A stretch of DNA of 64,000 nt from Gammaproteobacteria bacterium (lineage in GTDB: Bacteria > Pseudomonadota > Gammaproteobacteria > Pseudomonadales > Pseudohongiellaceae), in assembly GCA_029246545.1 (NCBI GenBank), contig JAQWMX010000015.1, positions 3,652-67,651 of the forward strand, given 5' to 3'. Shown piece after piece: positions 33,361 through 42,748 of this stretch. Each line of letters starts with the position of its first letter. The stretch's first letter is position 1. The notes below the pieces were generated by a model, which was not told the origin of the DNA, did no database searches, and saw nothing but the letters and a program-made list of their open reading frames with translations. The translations under genes were made by a program, and so were the position numbers.

Positions 33361-35002
33361 AAACTCTCTCCTTAAAAAGGTCTATCCCGAGACGGTAAAA
33401 GGCGTCGATAAATTTCTCATCACTTTGTCGCTCATCCAGATAGATCTGAATAATTTTTTCTATAACATCAGGTATTTCTTCTTGAGAAAAAGAGGGGCCT
33501 AATATTTTAGCTAATTTAGCTTCTCGCCCGGCGTCGCCGCCTAAAGCAACTTGATAAAATTCCGCACCTTTTTTATCTACCCCGATTATGCCTATATTGC
33601 CCACATGATGGTGCCCGCAGGCATTCATGCACCCAGACATATTTAGAGTTATATCGCCAATTTCGTTTAATCGATCAAAATCATCAAAGCGTCTTTGAAT
33701 GGCTTCAGCGATGGGAATGGATTTAGCATTTGCTAAAGAACAAAAGTCACCACCGGGACAGCAGACAAGGTCGTTAAGTAAGCCTAAGTATGGTGTAGCC
33801 AGGCTTTCAGTTTTGCAGGCTTTATATATTTCATATAGGTCTTTAATACGAACTTCAGCTAATGTCAGATTTTGTTCATGGGTTATGCGTAACTCAGACT
33901 GGCTATAGCGCTCAGCAAGATCAGCAACAAACTCCATTTGCCGGTCAGTAATATCACCGGGTGCCGCGCCAGTACCTTTTAAACATATTGTAACGATACT
34001 GTAACCAGATTGTTTATGAGCTGATACATTTCGATCAAGCCAATTATTAAAGAGTAAGTCCGAATTAGAAGCAGTAGTCACTGCTTCATCTTCATCTTGT
34101 AAGCTTTCATATTCTGGTGAAGTGAAGAAACTTTTACATCGATTAACTTCAGCTTCAGTCAATGTTGCCTGACTATCTTTGCCGAATTGCCATTGCGCTT
34201 CCACTTTTTCACGAAAAACATCAACGCCTAGCGCCTTGACTAGAATCTTTATGCGGGCTTTGTATTTGTTATCTCTGCGACCTTCCAAATTGTAGACGCG
34301 CATAATTGCGTCAAGGTAAGTTAACAAATGTTGCCAAGGTAAAAATTCATAAATTACTTTGCCAATAACGGGGGTTCTACCTAAACCACCTCCAACTAAA
34401 ACCTTAAAACCAACTTCACCTTTCTCATTCTTTTGCAGATATAAACCAATGTCATGTAATTGGGTTGCGGCCTGATCAATTTCTGTCCCACAAACGGCTA
34501 TCTTAAATTTTCGAGGTAGATAGGCAAATTCAGGGTGAAAAGTTGACCATTGACGAATAATTACACACCAAGGTCGGCTATCTTCAATTTCGTTAGGGGC
34601 TGAACCAGCGAATTGGTCAGTTGTTGTATTCCTGATGCAATTACCGCTGGTTTGAATCGCATGCATGCTGACTTCGGCTAACTCTGCTAATAGGTCTGGT
34701 GTCTGCTCAAGCTCAGGCCAGTTGTACTGAATATTTTGTCGAGTAGAGAGATGTGCATACCCTTTATCATAATCTCTGGTAATCGAGGCTAACTTTCTTA
34801 ATTGTGTAGAGGATAGTAAGCCGTAGGGTACAGCGACTCGCAACATGGGTGCCAAACGTTGGATATAGAGCCCATTTTGAAGACGCAGAGGTAAAAACTG
34901 CTCATCACTTAAGTCGCCAGCAAGATAACGGTGGGTTTGATCACGATACTGGGTGATACGTTCTTCCAGCATTTGGTGATCATAGTCGTCGTATATATAC
35001 AT
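33344..35002 (-). CDS. cysI: Assimilatory sulfite (nitrite/sulfite) reductase hemoprotein, CysI-like
   Basis: 552 aa. Two NIR_SIR ferredoxin-like halves. Siroheme/4Fe-4S ligand cluster CPGGDFCS...SGCMNACGHHH. Confidence 0.85.
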   Translation of the reverse strand: MYIYDDYDHQMLEERITQYRDQTHRYLAGDLSDEQFLPLRLQNGLYIQRLAPMLRVAVPYGLLSSTQLRKLASITRDYDKGYAHLSTRQNIQYNWPELEQTPDLLAELAEVSMHAIQTSGNCIRNTTTDQFAGSAPNEIEDSRPWCVIIRQWSTFHPEFAYLPRKFKIAVCGTEIDQAATQLHDIGLYLQKNEKGEVGFKVLVGGGLGRTPVIGKVIYEFLPWQHLLTYLDAIMRVYNLEGRRDNKYKARIKILVKALGVDVFREKVEAQWQFGKDSQATLTEAEVNRCKSFFTSPEYESLQDEDEAVTTASNSDLLFNNWLDRNVSAHKQSGYSIVTICLKGTGAAPGDITDRQMEFVADLAERYSQSELRITHEQNLTLAEVRIKDLYEIYKACKTESLATPYLGLLNDLVCCPGGDFCSLANAKSIPIAEAIQRRFDDFDRLNEIGDITLNMSGCMNACGHHHVGNIGIIGVDKKGAEFYQVALGGDAGREAKLAKILGPSFSQEEIPDVIEKIIQIYLDERQSDEKFIDAFYRLGIDLFKERVYAEAD

Positions 35003-35285
35003 AATCGGAAAAATCTAAAAAATTAAGGCCGCGATAATACACAATCATCACTTTAAGCGCCATCCAAGCTTGAGTTTAAAGCAATATAGTTGACTCTTTT
35101 AGCATGCATGAGAAACATGTTCTTTCTTACTGCTGGCTTAAAATTAACAGGAATTGCGGTTTAGTTCTGATAAAGAGGACTTGAACCAAATTAATTCAAC
35201 CTTATATAGTAGTTCTATGGGTTATACTTATCACTCTAATAGTATGGAGCAGTGGTAAATTCAAACGCAACAACGGCATATAACT

Positions 35286-35867
35286 ATGATCGATATTACA
35301 GAATCTGGACAAAAGTACCTCTTAGATTTATTAGAAAAACAAGATTGCGAAGGCATTGCTATTCGCGTCTTTGTTCTGGATGGTGGTACGCCGAAAGCTG
35401 AAACCTGTATTGCTTTTTGCCGTCCTGGAGAAGAGCAAGAAGGCGATGAAGTTTTTGAATTTGAAGGTTTTAAAGCCTTTGTTGAAGTAAAAAGTAAAGT
35501 TTATCTTGAAGAGGCTGTTGTTGATTTCGCCAAAGATAGTATGGGGGGGCAATTAACTATAAAAGCACCTAATTCCCGAATGCCTAAAATTTCTGCGGAC
35601 AGCTCGCTGCAAGATAGAATTAATTACATTCTCTATAACGAAATTAATCCTGGGCTAAAAAGCCATGGTGGGCATGTCACTCTAGAAGAGCTTACTGATG
35701 ATTTTATTGCAGTTTTGCAGTTTGGTGGTGGATGCCAAGGGTGTGGCATGGTCGATGTCACACTAAAAGATGGAGTTGAAAAGACATTGCTGGAGCAACT
35801 GCCTGAGTTAACAGCTGTGAAAGATATTACTGATCACAGCATTCAGGAAAATGCTTACTATAAGTAA
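35286..35867 (+). CDS. nfuA: Fe-S cluster biogenesis protein NfuA
   Basis: Degenerate A-type N-domain plus C-terminal Nfu domain with GGGCQGCG (CxxC). Confidence 0.9.
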   Translation: MIDITESGQKYLLDLLEKQDCEGIAIRVFVLDGGTPKAETCIAFCRPGEEQEGDEVFEFEGFKAFVEVKSKVYLEEAVVDFAKDSMGGQLTIKAPNSRMPKISADSSLQDRINYILYNEINPGLKSHGGHVTLEELTDDFIAVLQFGGGCQGCGMVDVTLKDGVEKTLLEQLPELTAVKDITDHSIQENAYYK

Positions 35868-35873
35868 GCTCGA

Positions 35874-36632
35874 ATGAGTACTTACTCTGCAATAGGAGTA
35901 ATCGGAGGTAGTGGGTTTTATCACTTAAAGCCTGATTCCACGTCCGAGCAATCTGCTTTTATTGACCTACACACCCCCTTTGATGAAGAGCCGGTTCGAC
36001 TGACCCAAGATGAACTTAATGGGACAGAGGTTTATTTTCTGCAACGTCATGGTTCTGAACATAAGTTGCCGCCACATAGAATTAATTACCGTGCAAACCT
36101 TTGGGCTTTAAAGGAAGTTGGAGTAAAAAAAATTATAGCGGTTAATGCTGTGGGTGGAATCAGTGCAAATTTAACTCCAAGTACTTTAGTTATTCCTGAT
36201 CAATTGATTGACTACACTTGGGGACGCGATCAAAGCTTTTTTGACGGTTTAAATTCTTTACAGGACCACATTGAGTTCACTTATCCCTATAGCAGTGAAC
36301 TTCGTGACATTCTGCTTAATGAGGCTATTAATCAAAATTTGCCAATAATTAAACAGGCTTGTTTTGCATGTACGCAAGGCCCACGCCTAGAAACTGCAGC
36401 AGAAATTCAAAAGATTAAAGGTGATGGCTGCGATATTGTTGGCATGACCGGAATGCCTGAAGCGTCTTTAGCTCGAGAGCTGGGATTAGCTTATGCCTGC
36501 ATTGCGCTTGTAGTAAATCCAGCCGCAGGGCTAAGTGATGAAGTTATTACAATAGATAAAATTAAAACAATTCTGGATTCTGGCTTGCAGGATGTTCGCT
36601 TACTGCTCAGTGCGAGTTTAGGAAAACTTTAA
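35874..36632 (+). CDS. S-methyl-5'-thioadenosine/thioinosine phosphorylase (PNP family)
   Basis: IGVIGGSGFY...FLQRHG...PPHRINYRANLWALKEVGV...TQGPRLETAAE...MTGMPEA. Same position next to a secreted protein and mfd as the Pseudomonas MTI phosphorylase, from memory. Confidence 0.85.
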   Translation: MSTYSAIGVIGGSGFYHLKPDSTSEQSAFIDLHTPFDEEPVRLTQDELNGTEVYFLQRHGSEHKLPPHRINYRANLWALKEVGVKKIIAVNAVGGISANLTPSTLVIPDQLIDYTWGRDQSFFDGLNSLQDHIEFTYPYSSELRDILLNEAINQNLPIIKQACFACTQGPRLETAAEIQKIKGDGCDIVGMTGMPEASLARELGLAYACIALVVNPAAGLSDEVITIDKIKTILDSGLQDVRLLLSASLGKL

Positions 36633-36637
36633 ATGCT

Positions 36638-36661
36638 CCCCTATCAGTATTGCCCCTATCA
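36638..36661. repeat. 9-bp direct repeat CCCCTATCA x2 (15-bp period) in a 33-bp convergent spacer
   Basis: Read directly at 36638-36646 and 36653-36661. Confidence 0.8.
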
Positions 36662-36665
36662 ATTC

Positions 36666-37547
36666 TTAGTCTAATGAAAAGTCGAATATAGTCGGCAATT
36701 CATAGGGTCTTACTTCTACTAACATACCAATAGAAGGGTGGTCCAAGTAATGCAATTCATTACTAATCATTTGCCGAGTTTCAAGCATTGGATAGACTTG
36801 ATCTATCAACAAGCCAAAACTATCTTGGTTAGCTTCTAACCGCTCGTTGGCAAGAGGAGCTAGTGGTACATTCCACGCTTGATCACTCACTACGTTGAAA
36901 CTATTACGCCAAAGCCTAGCATCTACATCAACCCTATTGATGTTGTAACTGATTAACAAACTGCCTTCGAGTTCAGCATGCTGGCCGAAAAGATCACCAC
37001 CACTAATAAGTATTGCGCTTGCTTGGACTTTATTTAAAACTGGTTGGCGCCATACTGAATGAAATAAAATTCTGTGTTCTGAATTTAGTTCAATATTACG
37101 ATTGAATCGAGAGAACTCTTGCTCATCTTCGCCTAATGCAATAAAAGGATCACGAGCTTTATCTATTAACCTAAAGTTTATGTTCGGCTCACGCAATTCG
37201 GGGCCATAAAATACCGAATCCATTGCCTGCTCTATAAGCTGTTCAACAGTATTATCTGTCATATCAGAACTTGCATTAATGGCTACATTAACAGGTCCAA
37301 AATCTATAAAATAATCATTTAAAACAGGGGTTAATTGCAGAATTGGTTCTGGGTAATAAAGTTCAACATGACCTGGTAGGAATAATTCTTGGTTAACCAG
37401 TCGAGAATTTTGATTGGTAAATATACTGACCTCAATTTCATACCAACGATTGCCGTCGTAGCTAAAAGTTTGTGCCTCAGCATGATGGTTTGCTGCTAGC
37501 GAAAATAGCGCAAATGAAAGAGTGCTGTATGCAATTACAGATTTCAT
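36666..37547 (-). CDS. Secreted protein of unknown function, possibly CsiV-like peptidoglycan-binding family
   Basis: Clear signal peptide (ALFSLAANHHAEA-QT). The conserved position next to mfd is reminiscent of Vibrio CsiV. The CDS call is solid; the family assignment is from memory and weak. Confidence 0.45.
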   Translation of the reverse strand: MKSVIAYSTLSFALFSLAANHHAEAQTFSYDGNRWYEIEVSIFTNQNSRLVNQELFLPGHVELYYPEPILQLTPVLNDYFIDFGPVNVAINASSDMTDNTVEQLIEQAMDSVFYGPELREPNINFRLIDKARDPFIALGEDEQEFSRFNRNIELNSEHRILFHSVWRQPVLNKVQASAILISGGDLFGQHAELEGSLLISYNINRVDVDARLWRNSFNVVSDQAWNVPLAPLANERLEANQDSFGLLIDQVYPMLETRQMISNELHYLDHPSIGMLVEVRPYELPTIFDFSLD

Positions 37548-37557
37548 ACTTTTAACT

Positions 37558-40500
37558 TCAGGCTGCCTTGGTTAATAAAATTAAGATGTTTTTTACAAAC
37601 TCTAAGCGGTCTTCTGAATCTACGTTGTCATGATTGAATTTTAATTCATTACCGCCGGATAAACTAAATACCCCAGCTTGCTCCTGAACTAGCTCAACTA
37701 GAGAGTAGGGATCTACCACAGTATCGCTTTTAAAATACATTTTACCTACTTTTACATTTGCTTCAATTTTAGCAATGCCTAGCCTTTCAGCTTGTAGCTT
37801 TAATTCGGTGACAGAAAACAAAAAATTAACGGGTTGAGGGAGAAGGCCAAAGCGATCAATCATTTCCACTTTTAATTCTCTTAATTCATCTGACGATTGT
37901 GCATTCGCTATCCGTTTATACATAAGTAGGCGTAGATGCACGTCTGGAAGGTAGTCATCAGGAATTAATGCAGGAATACGCAAATTGATTTCTGTACTTT
38001 CCTGCAATGGTCTATCTAAGTTTAATTGTTTGCCTGCTTTCATTAACTTTATAGTCTGTTCTAGCATTTCGCTGTAAAGTGAAAACCCTATAGTTTGGAT
38101 ATGACCGCTTTGCTCATCACCAAGTAATTCACCAGCACCTCTAATTTCAAGGTCATGACTAGCTAAAGTAAACCCAGCCCCTAAAGTGTCAGCTGCGGCG
38201 ATGGCATCAACACGTTTTTTTGCATCACTGCTCATGCTCTTAGGTGAAGGGGTCAGCATGTAGGCATAAGCTTGATGGTGTGACCGGCCAACTCGGCCAC
38301 GTAGTTGATGTAGTTGTGCTAGCCCGAACTTATCAGCTCTCTCTATAATGATGGTATTAGCATTAGGTATATCTATTCCGGTTTCTATAATAGTGGAACA
38401 AACCAGTACGTTATATTGTTTGTGATAAAACTCTGACATAACCCGTTCTAATTCACGTTCACGTAATTGCCCGTGGGCAACTGCTACTCTAGCTTCGGGA
38501 ACTAGGCCGCAAATTTCTTCAGCAGTTTTTTCAATTGATTTTACTTCGTTATGTAAGAAAAATACTTGGCCACCTCTTAATAATTCACGCAAGATGGCTT
38601 CTTTTATTAAGGCTGGGTTTGATTGTCGGATAAATGTTTTAATCGATAATCTACGAGCAGGCGGGCTAGCGATTATTGATAAATCTCGCATGCCTGACAT
38701 CGCCATATTGAGTGTTCTAGGTATGGGTGTTGCAGTTAGGGTTAATATATCAACATCAGCTCTCATTGCTTTCAACATTTCTTTTTGGCGTACGCCAAAG
38801 CGATGTTCTTCATCAATAATCAATAGGCCTAAATTTTTGTATTTAACACTTGATTGCAAAAGTTTGTGTGTACCAATTACGATGTCTACTTTCCCATCTT
38901 CTAGCTCTTGCAAGTTTTTATTTTGCCCTTCTTTAGCTACGAAGCGAGACATCAAAGCAACTTTTACCGGCCAATCGGCCAATCGATCTTTGAAATTATC
39001 AAAGTGTTGCTGAGCTAATAGGGTGGTCGGCACTAAAATGGCTACTTGTTTGTGGTTATGCACGGCAATAAAAGCAGCCCGTAAAGCAACTTCAGTTTTG
39101 CCGAATCCAACATCTCCACAAATAAGTCGATCCATGGCCTTTGTTGAGGTCATATCTTCAATAACAGCTTGTATAGTGTCAATTTGGTCTTCGGTTTCTT
39201 CAAACTGGAAACTATTTTTAAACAGCTGATAATCATGACTAGGCACCTTAAACAACTGACCCTTCTTAGCTTCACGGCGAGCATATATGTCAAGTAATTC
39301 AGCGGCTACATCAACCACTTTTTCTGCTGCTTTACGTCTAGCTTTGATCCATTGATCACTACCGAGCTTATGCAATGGAGCTGAATCAGCATCAGCTCCG
39401 CTATAGCGATTGATAAGATGAAGTGAAGACACCGGTACATAAAGTTTAGCTTGATCGGCGTATTCTAGAATGAGAAATTCAGTTTGCTGACCTTCGACAT
39501 CAAAACTTTGCAAACCTTGATAACGGCCTACGCCATGATCAATATGAACCACCGGCGCGCCTATATTTAATTCGGTTAAACTTTTTACGATAAAATCGGT
39601 GTTGTCTTGAAATTTTCCTCGGCGGCGATGCTGGCTAACATGATGGACAAATAACTGGCTTTCTGTGATGACAATGAGTTCTGGTTCTTGTAACCAGAAA
39701 CCAACTTCTAGAGGAGCAACTGTGATAGCAAGTCGTGGTTTTTGTGTAATAAAGGTTGCCCATCTGTCAATCACTTCAGGGTAGACCTGAATGCTTTTAA
39801 GAAGGTCGAGTAAAGTTTCACGTCGTCCAGCAGAATCAGTGCAAAATAAAATAGGCGTTTGCGAATTTAGATTTAGGAAGCTTTGCAAAGAGCTTAAGGG
39901 TTCTTCTAATTTATGATCAATCTCTAGCTCAGGAAAGGACTTTGTTTTGATTCGAATTGTTTGTTTCTGTTTCTCTTGTAAGCTGAGATTTATTTGTGGG
40001 TAATTATTGATTGCGGCAAAGCAATCATTCACCGGAATAAAAACTTTGTTTGGGCTCAGTAAGGGGCGCTGTTGGTCATAGCGCCGGTCTTCATAACGAC
40101 TATTAATTTCTCGCCAAAATTGCTCTGACCCTGACTGGATGGAGCCATTACTCATAATAAGAGTATTCGTTGGAAGGTAATCAAAAATTGTTGTTAGTTC
40201 AGGAAAGAATAGCGGGAGGTAATACTCTATGCCTGCAGTCGCTATACCCTGTGAAACATCTTCATATACCGGGCATTTGCGTAAATCGATATCAAATTCA
40301 GCTCTGAAATTTTGGCGAAATGTTGCTATACCAGTTTGGTCAAGAGGGAATTCTTTACCAGGTAATAAATTTATATTATTAATAAGCTCTTGAGAAATTT
40401 GAGTTTCAGGATCGAAACTACGTAGGCTTTCTATCTCGTTATCAAATAATTCAATTCTGTATGGGGTTTGTGAGCCCATAGGAAATATATCGAGTATTGA

Positions 40501-41034
40501 TCCTCTTAGAGCATATTCACCATGTTCATAAACCGCATCAACATTTCGGTAGCCGGCATTTTCCAAAATTAGACGCAAAGCACTAATATCGAGCTCTTCA
40601 CCAAGTGAGAAAGTTAATGATCGTCCTTGCAAATAAGAAGCAGGAATTAATCTATGTAACAAAGTGCTAATAGAAGCGATTAAAATGCCAGTTTTGAGAT
40701 TTTTAAGATTTGATAAAATATCTAAGCGTTGAGAAATTATGTCTTGATGCGGAGAGAAATTATCATATGGCAGGGTTTCCCAGTCAGGAAATTCAGCAAT
40801 ATAGGTTTGAATATTTTGCTCATCAGTCTTACAAAAAAACGCTAATTCAGATTTTAAGCGCTGAGCTTGTTGACTGTTTTCAGTCACCACTAGTACTAAG
40901 CCAGGATAAGTCTTAGCGCAATTAGCAATACATAAAGCTGCAGCTGAACCAGAAAAGCCTCCCCAACTTTGGCGATTACCTAGCGTAAGTAGAGTTTTAT
41001 CTAGCGGGGGTGAAAAGATAGTAAACTGCGTCAC
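37558..41034 (-). CDS. mfd: Transcription-repair coupling factor Mfd
   Basis: 1158 aa. UvrB-homology N-region, RNAP-interaction domain, SF2 helicase motifs GDVGFGKTEVA and DEEHRFG, TRG motif, C-terminal D7. Confidence 0.97.
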   Translation of the reverse strand: MTQFTIFSPPLDKTLLTLGNRQSWGGFSGSAAALCIANCAKTYPGLVLVVTENSQQAQRLKSELAFFCKTDEQNIQTYIAEFPDWETLPYDNFSPHQDIISQRLDILSNLKNLKTGILIASISTLLHRLIPASYLQGRSLTFSLGEELDISALRLILENAGYRNVDAVYEHGEYALRGSILDIFPMGSQTPYRIELFDNEIESLRSFDPETQISQELINNINLLPGKEFPLDQTGIATFRQNFRAEFDIDLRKCPVYEDVSQGIATAGIEYYLPLFFPELTTIFDYLPTNTLIMSNGSIQSGSEQFWREINSRYEDRRYDQQRPLLSPNKVFIPVNDCFAAINNYPQINLSLQEKQKQTIRIKTKSFPELEIDHKLEEPLSSLQSFLNLNSQTPILFCTDSAGRRETLLDLLKSIQVYPEVIDRWATFITQKPRLAITVAPLEVGFWLQEPELIVITESQLFVHHVSQHRRRGKFQDNTDFIVKSLTELNIGAPVVHIDHGVGRYQGLQSFDVEGQQTEFLILEYADQAKLYVPVSSLHLINRYSGADADSAPLHKLGSDQWIKARRKAAEKVVDVAAELLDIYARREAKKGQLFKVPSHDYQLFKNSFQFEETEDQIDTIQAVIEDMTSTKAMDRLICGDVGFGKTEVALRAAFIAVHNHKQVAILVPTTLLAQQHFDNFKDRLADWPVKVALMSRFVAKEGQNKNLQELEDGKVDIVIGTHKLLQSSVKYKNLGLLIIDEEHRFGVRQKEMLKAMRADVDILTLTATPIPRTLNMAMSGMRDLSIIASPPARRLSIKTFIRQSNPALIKEAILRELLRGGQVFFLHNEVKSIEKTAEEICGLVPEARVAVAHGQLRERELERVMSEFYHKQYNVLVCSTIIETGIDIPNANTIIIERADKFGLAQLHQLRGRVGRSHHQAYAYMLTPSPKSMSSDAKKRVDAIAAADTLGAGFTLASHDLEIRGAGELLGDEQSGHIQTIGFSLYSEMLEQTIKLMKAGKQLNLDRPLQESTEINLRIPALIPDDYLPDVHLRLLMYKRIANAQSSDELRELKVEMIDRFGLLPQPVNFLFSVTELKLQAERLGIAKIEANVKVGKMYFKSDTVVDPYSLVELVQEQAGVFSLSGGNELKFNHDNVDSEDRLEFVKNILILLTKAA

Positions 41035-41207
41035 GGCTATTAAGTATGTAGGCTTGCCAATAAAAAGGGCGCTATCATGGCATAAATCTACGGATTATTC
41101 AGGTAATAGAGATTAGCGTTGGACATATTAATGCTGACCTAAGATAATACGCGCCTTCGAAAACAACCCTATTTTTTAACTACCTAATACAAAAACAGGA
41201 TTACATT

Positions 41208-42683
41208 GTGTCAAGACCTAGCTTAGATGATTACTTTGGTGACTGGAAAGCAAGAGAAGCATTAACCCGAGAAATGATCCCTATGATAGGGATGCTTGAA
41301 TATGAAAAAGGCGTACAAACGTTTCTCTATGGCCGCACATTGAACAAGCGTTCAACTGTTAACATTATGCAAGATCATCGTCGAGTTCGTGAAATAGCTC
41401 GAAATGAAATGTCAGAGTTTGAAAGTCATCCTGTAATAACTGCGATGTGTAAGCTAAACCTGAGTCCTTGCCAAATAGATTTAGGCAAACTGACAGTAAA
41501 CTATATGGAGCATGCGGAATCTCAATCGGTAAAGCCTGATGTAGAAGAGTTTGTCAGAAATGAGCTGGCTCACCTTATCGATGTTGATTACAAGCCAATT
41601 GCAAAGCCTACTGATATCGTTCTTTATGGATTTGGTCGAATAGGCCGTTTACTAACTCGTTTGTTAATTGAGCAAACAGGTAATGCTCAGGTTATGAGGT
41701 TACGAGCAGTTGTAGTGCGTAAGTCGGGCAATAACGATCTAGAAAAGCGTGTAAATTTATTGCGCAATGATTCAGTTCATGGCCCGTTCGAAGGCACAAT
41801 TCGAATTGATGAAGAGAACAGCCAAATTATTGCTAATGGAAATGTAATTCCATTTATTTATTCTGATGGACCTGACACATTAGATTACACAAAGTACGGC
41901 ATAAGTGATGCGCTGATTATCGACAACACAGGGAAATGGCGTGATAGAGAAGGCTTGTCACTACATTTAAAATCCAAAGGCGTTAGCAAAGTCATGTTAA
42001 CGGCTCCTGGTAAGGGCGATCTAAAAAATATTGTTTCGGGCATTAATCACCACATGATTACACCTGAAGATAAAATAATTTCCGCTGCATCTTGTACGAC
42101 CAATGCAATTGCACCCGTGCTTAAGCTTATCAATGAACGCTATGGTGTAGTGCACGGACATGTTGAAACAGTACACGCTTACACTAATGACCAAAACTTA
42201 ATTGATAACTATCACAAAGCTGATAGACGCGGACGCAGTGCTGCCTTGAATATGGTATTAACTGAAACTGGTGCGGCTACGGCAGTAGCTAAAGCAGTAC
42301 CAGAACTTGAGGGGAAATTATCGGGTAATGCTGTGAGAGTGCCGGTAGCTAATGTGTCTATGGCAATTTTGATTTTGAGTCTGGAAAAGCCAACGACTAA
42401 AGAAGATATTAATGACTATCTCAGAAATATTGCCCTACATTCTCCTTTGCAGAATCAGCTCGGCTACACTGAATCTCCTGATGCCGTTTCAAGTGATTTC
42501 GTTGGCATGCGTGAAGCTGCGGTTTTAGATGCGACAGCAACTAAAGCACAGGGTAATAATATGGTGCTTTATCTTTGGTATGATAATGAATACAGCTACA
42601 GCAACCAGGTTGTACGAATGGTTTCTAAAATGGCTGGTGTTAATTACCTGTCATACCCAGAAAACGAAAACATGGACAGCTAA
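41208..42683 (+). CDS. gap: Long-form glyceraldehyde-3-phosphate dehydrogenase (~135-aa N-terminal extension)
   Basis: Rossmann motif VLYGFGRIGR starts near residue 137. Catalytic SCTTN (AASCTTNAIAP) and C-terminal WYDNE. GTG start. Confidence 0.85.
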   Translation: MSRPSLDDYFGDWKAREALTREMIPMIGMLEYEKGVQTFLYGRTLNKRSTVNIMQDHRRVREIARNEMSEFESHPVITAMCKLNLSPCQIDLGKLTVNYMEHAESQSVKPDVEEFVRNELAHLIDVDYKPIAKPTDIVLYGFGRIGRLLTRLLIEQTGNAQVMRLRAVVVRKSGNNDLEKRVNLLRNDSVHGPFEGTIRIDEENSQIIANGNVIPFIYSDGPDTLDYTKYGISDALIIDNTGKWRDREGLSLHLKSKGVSKVMLTAPGKGDLKNIVSGINHHMITPEDKIISAASCTTNAIAPVLKLINERYGVVHGHVETVHAYTNDQNLIDNYHKADRRGRSAALNMVLTETGAATAVAKAVPELEGKLSGNAVRVPVANVSMAILILSLEKPTTKEDINDYLRNIALHSPLQNQLGYTESPDAVSSDFVGMREAAVLDATATKAQGNNMVLYLWYDNEYSYSNQVVRMVSKMAGVNYLSYPENENMDS

Positions 42684-42748
42684 ATCGCCTTCAAATTTCT
42701 ATATAAAGGGTTAGTCATAAGGATTAGCCAGAGCCGCTGAGCATTAAG

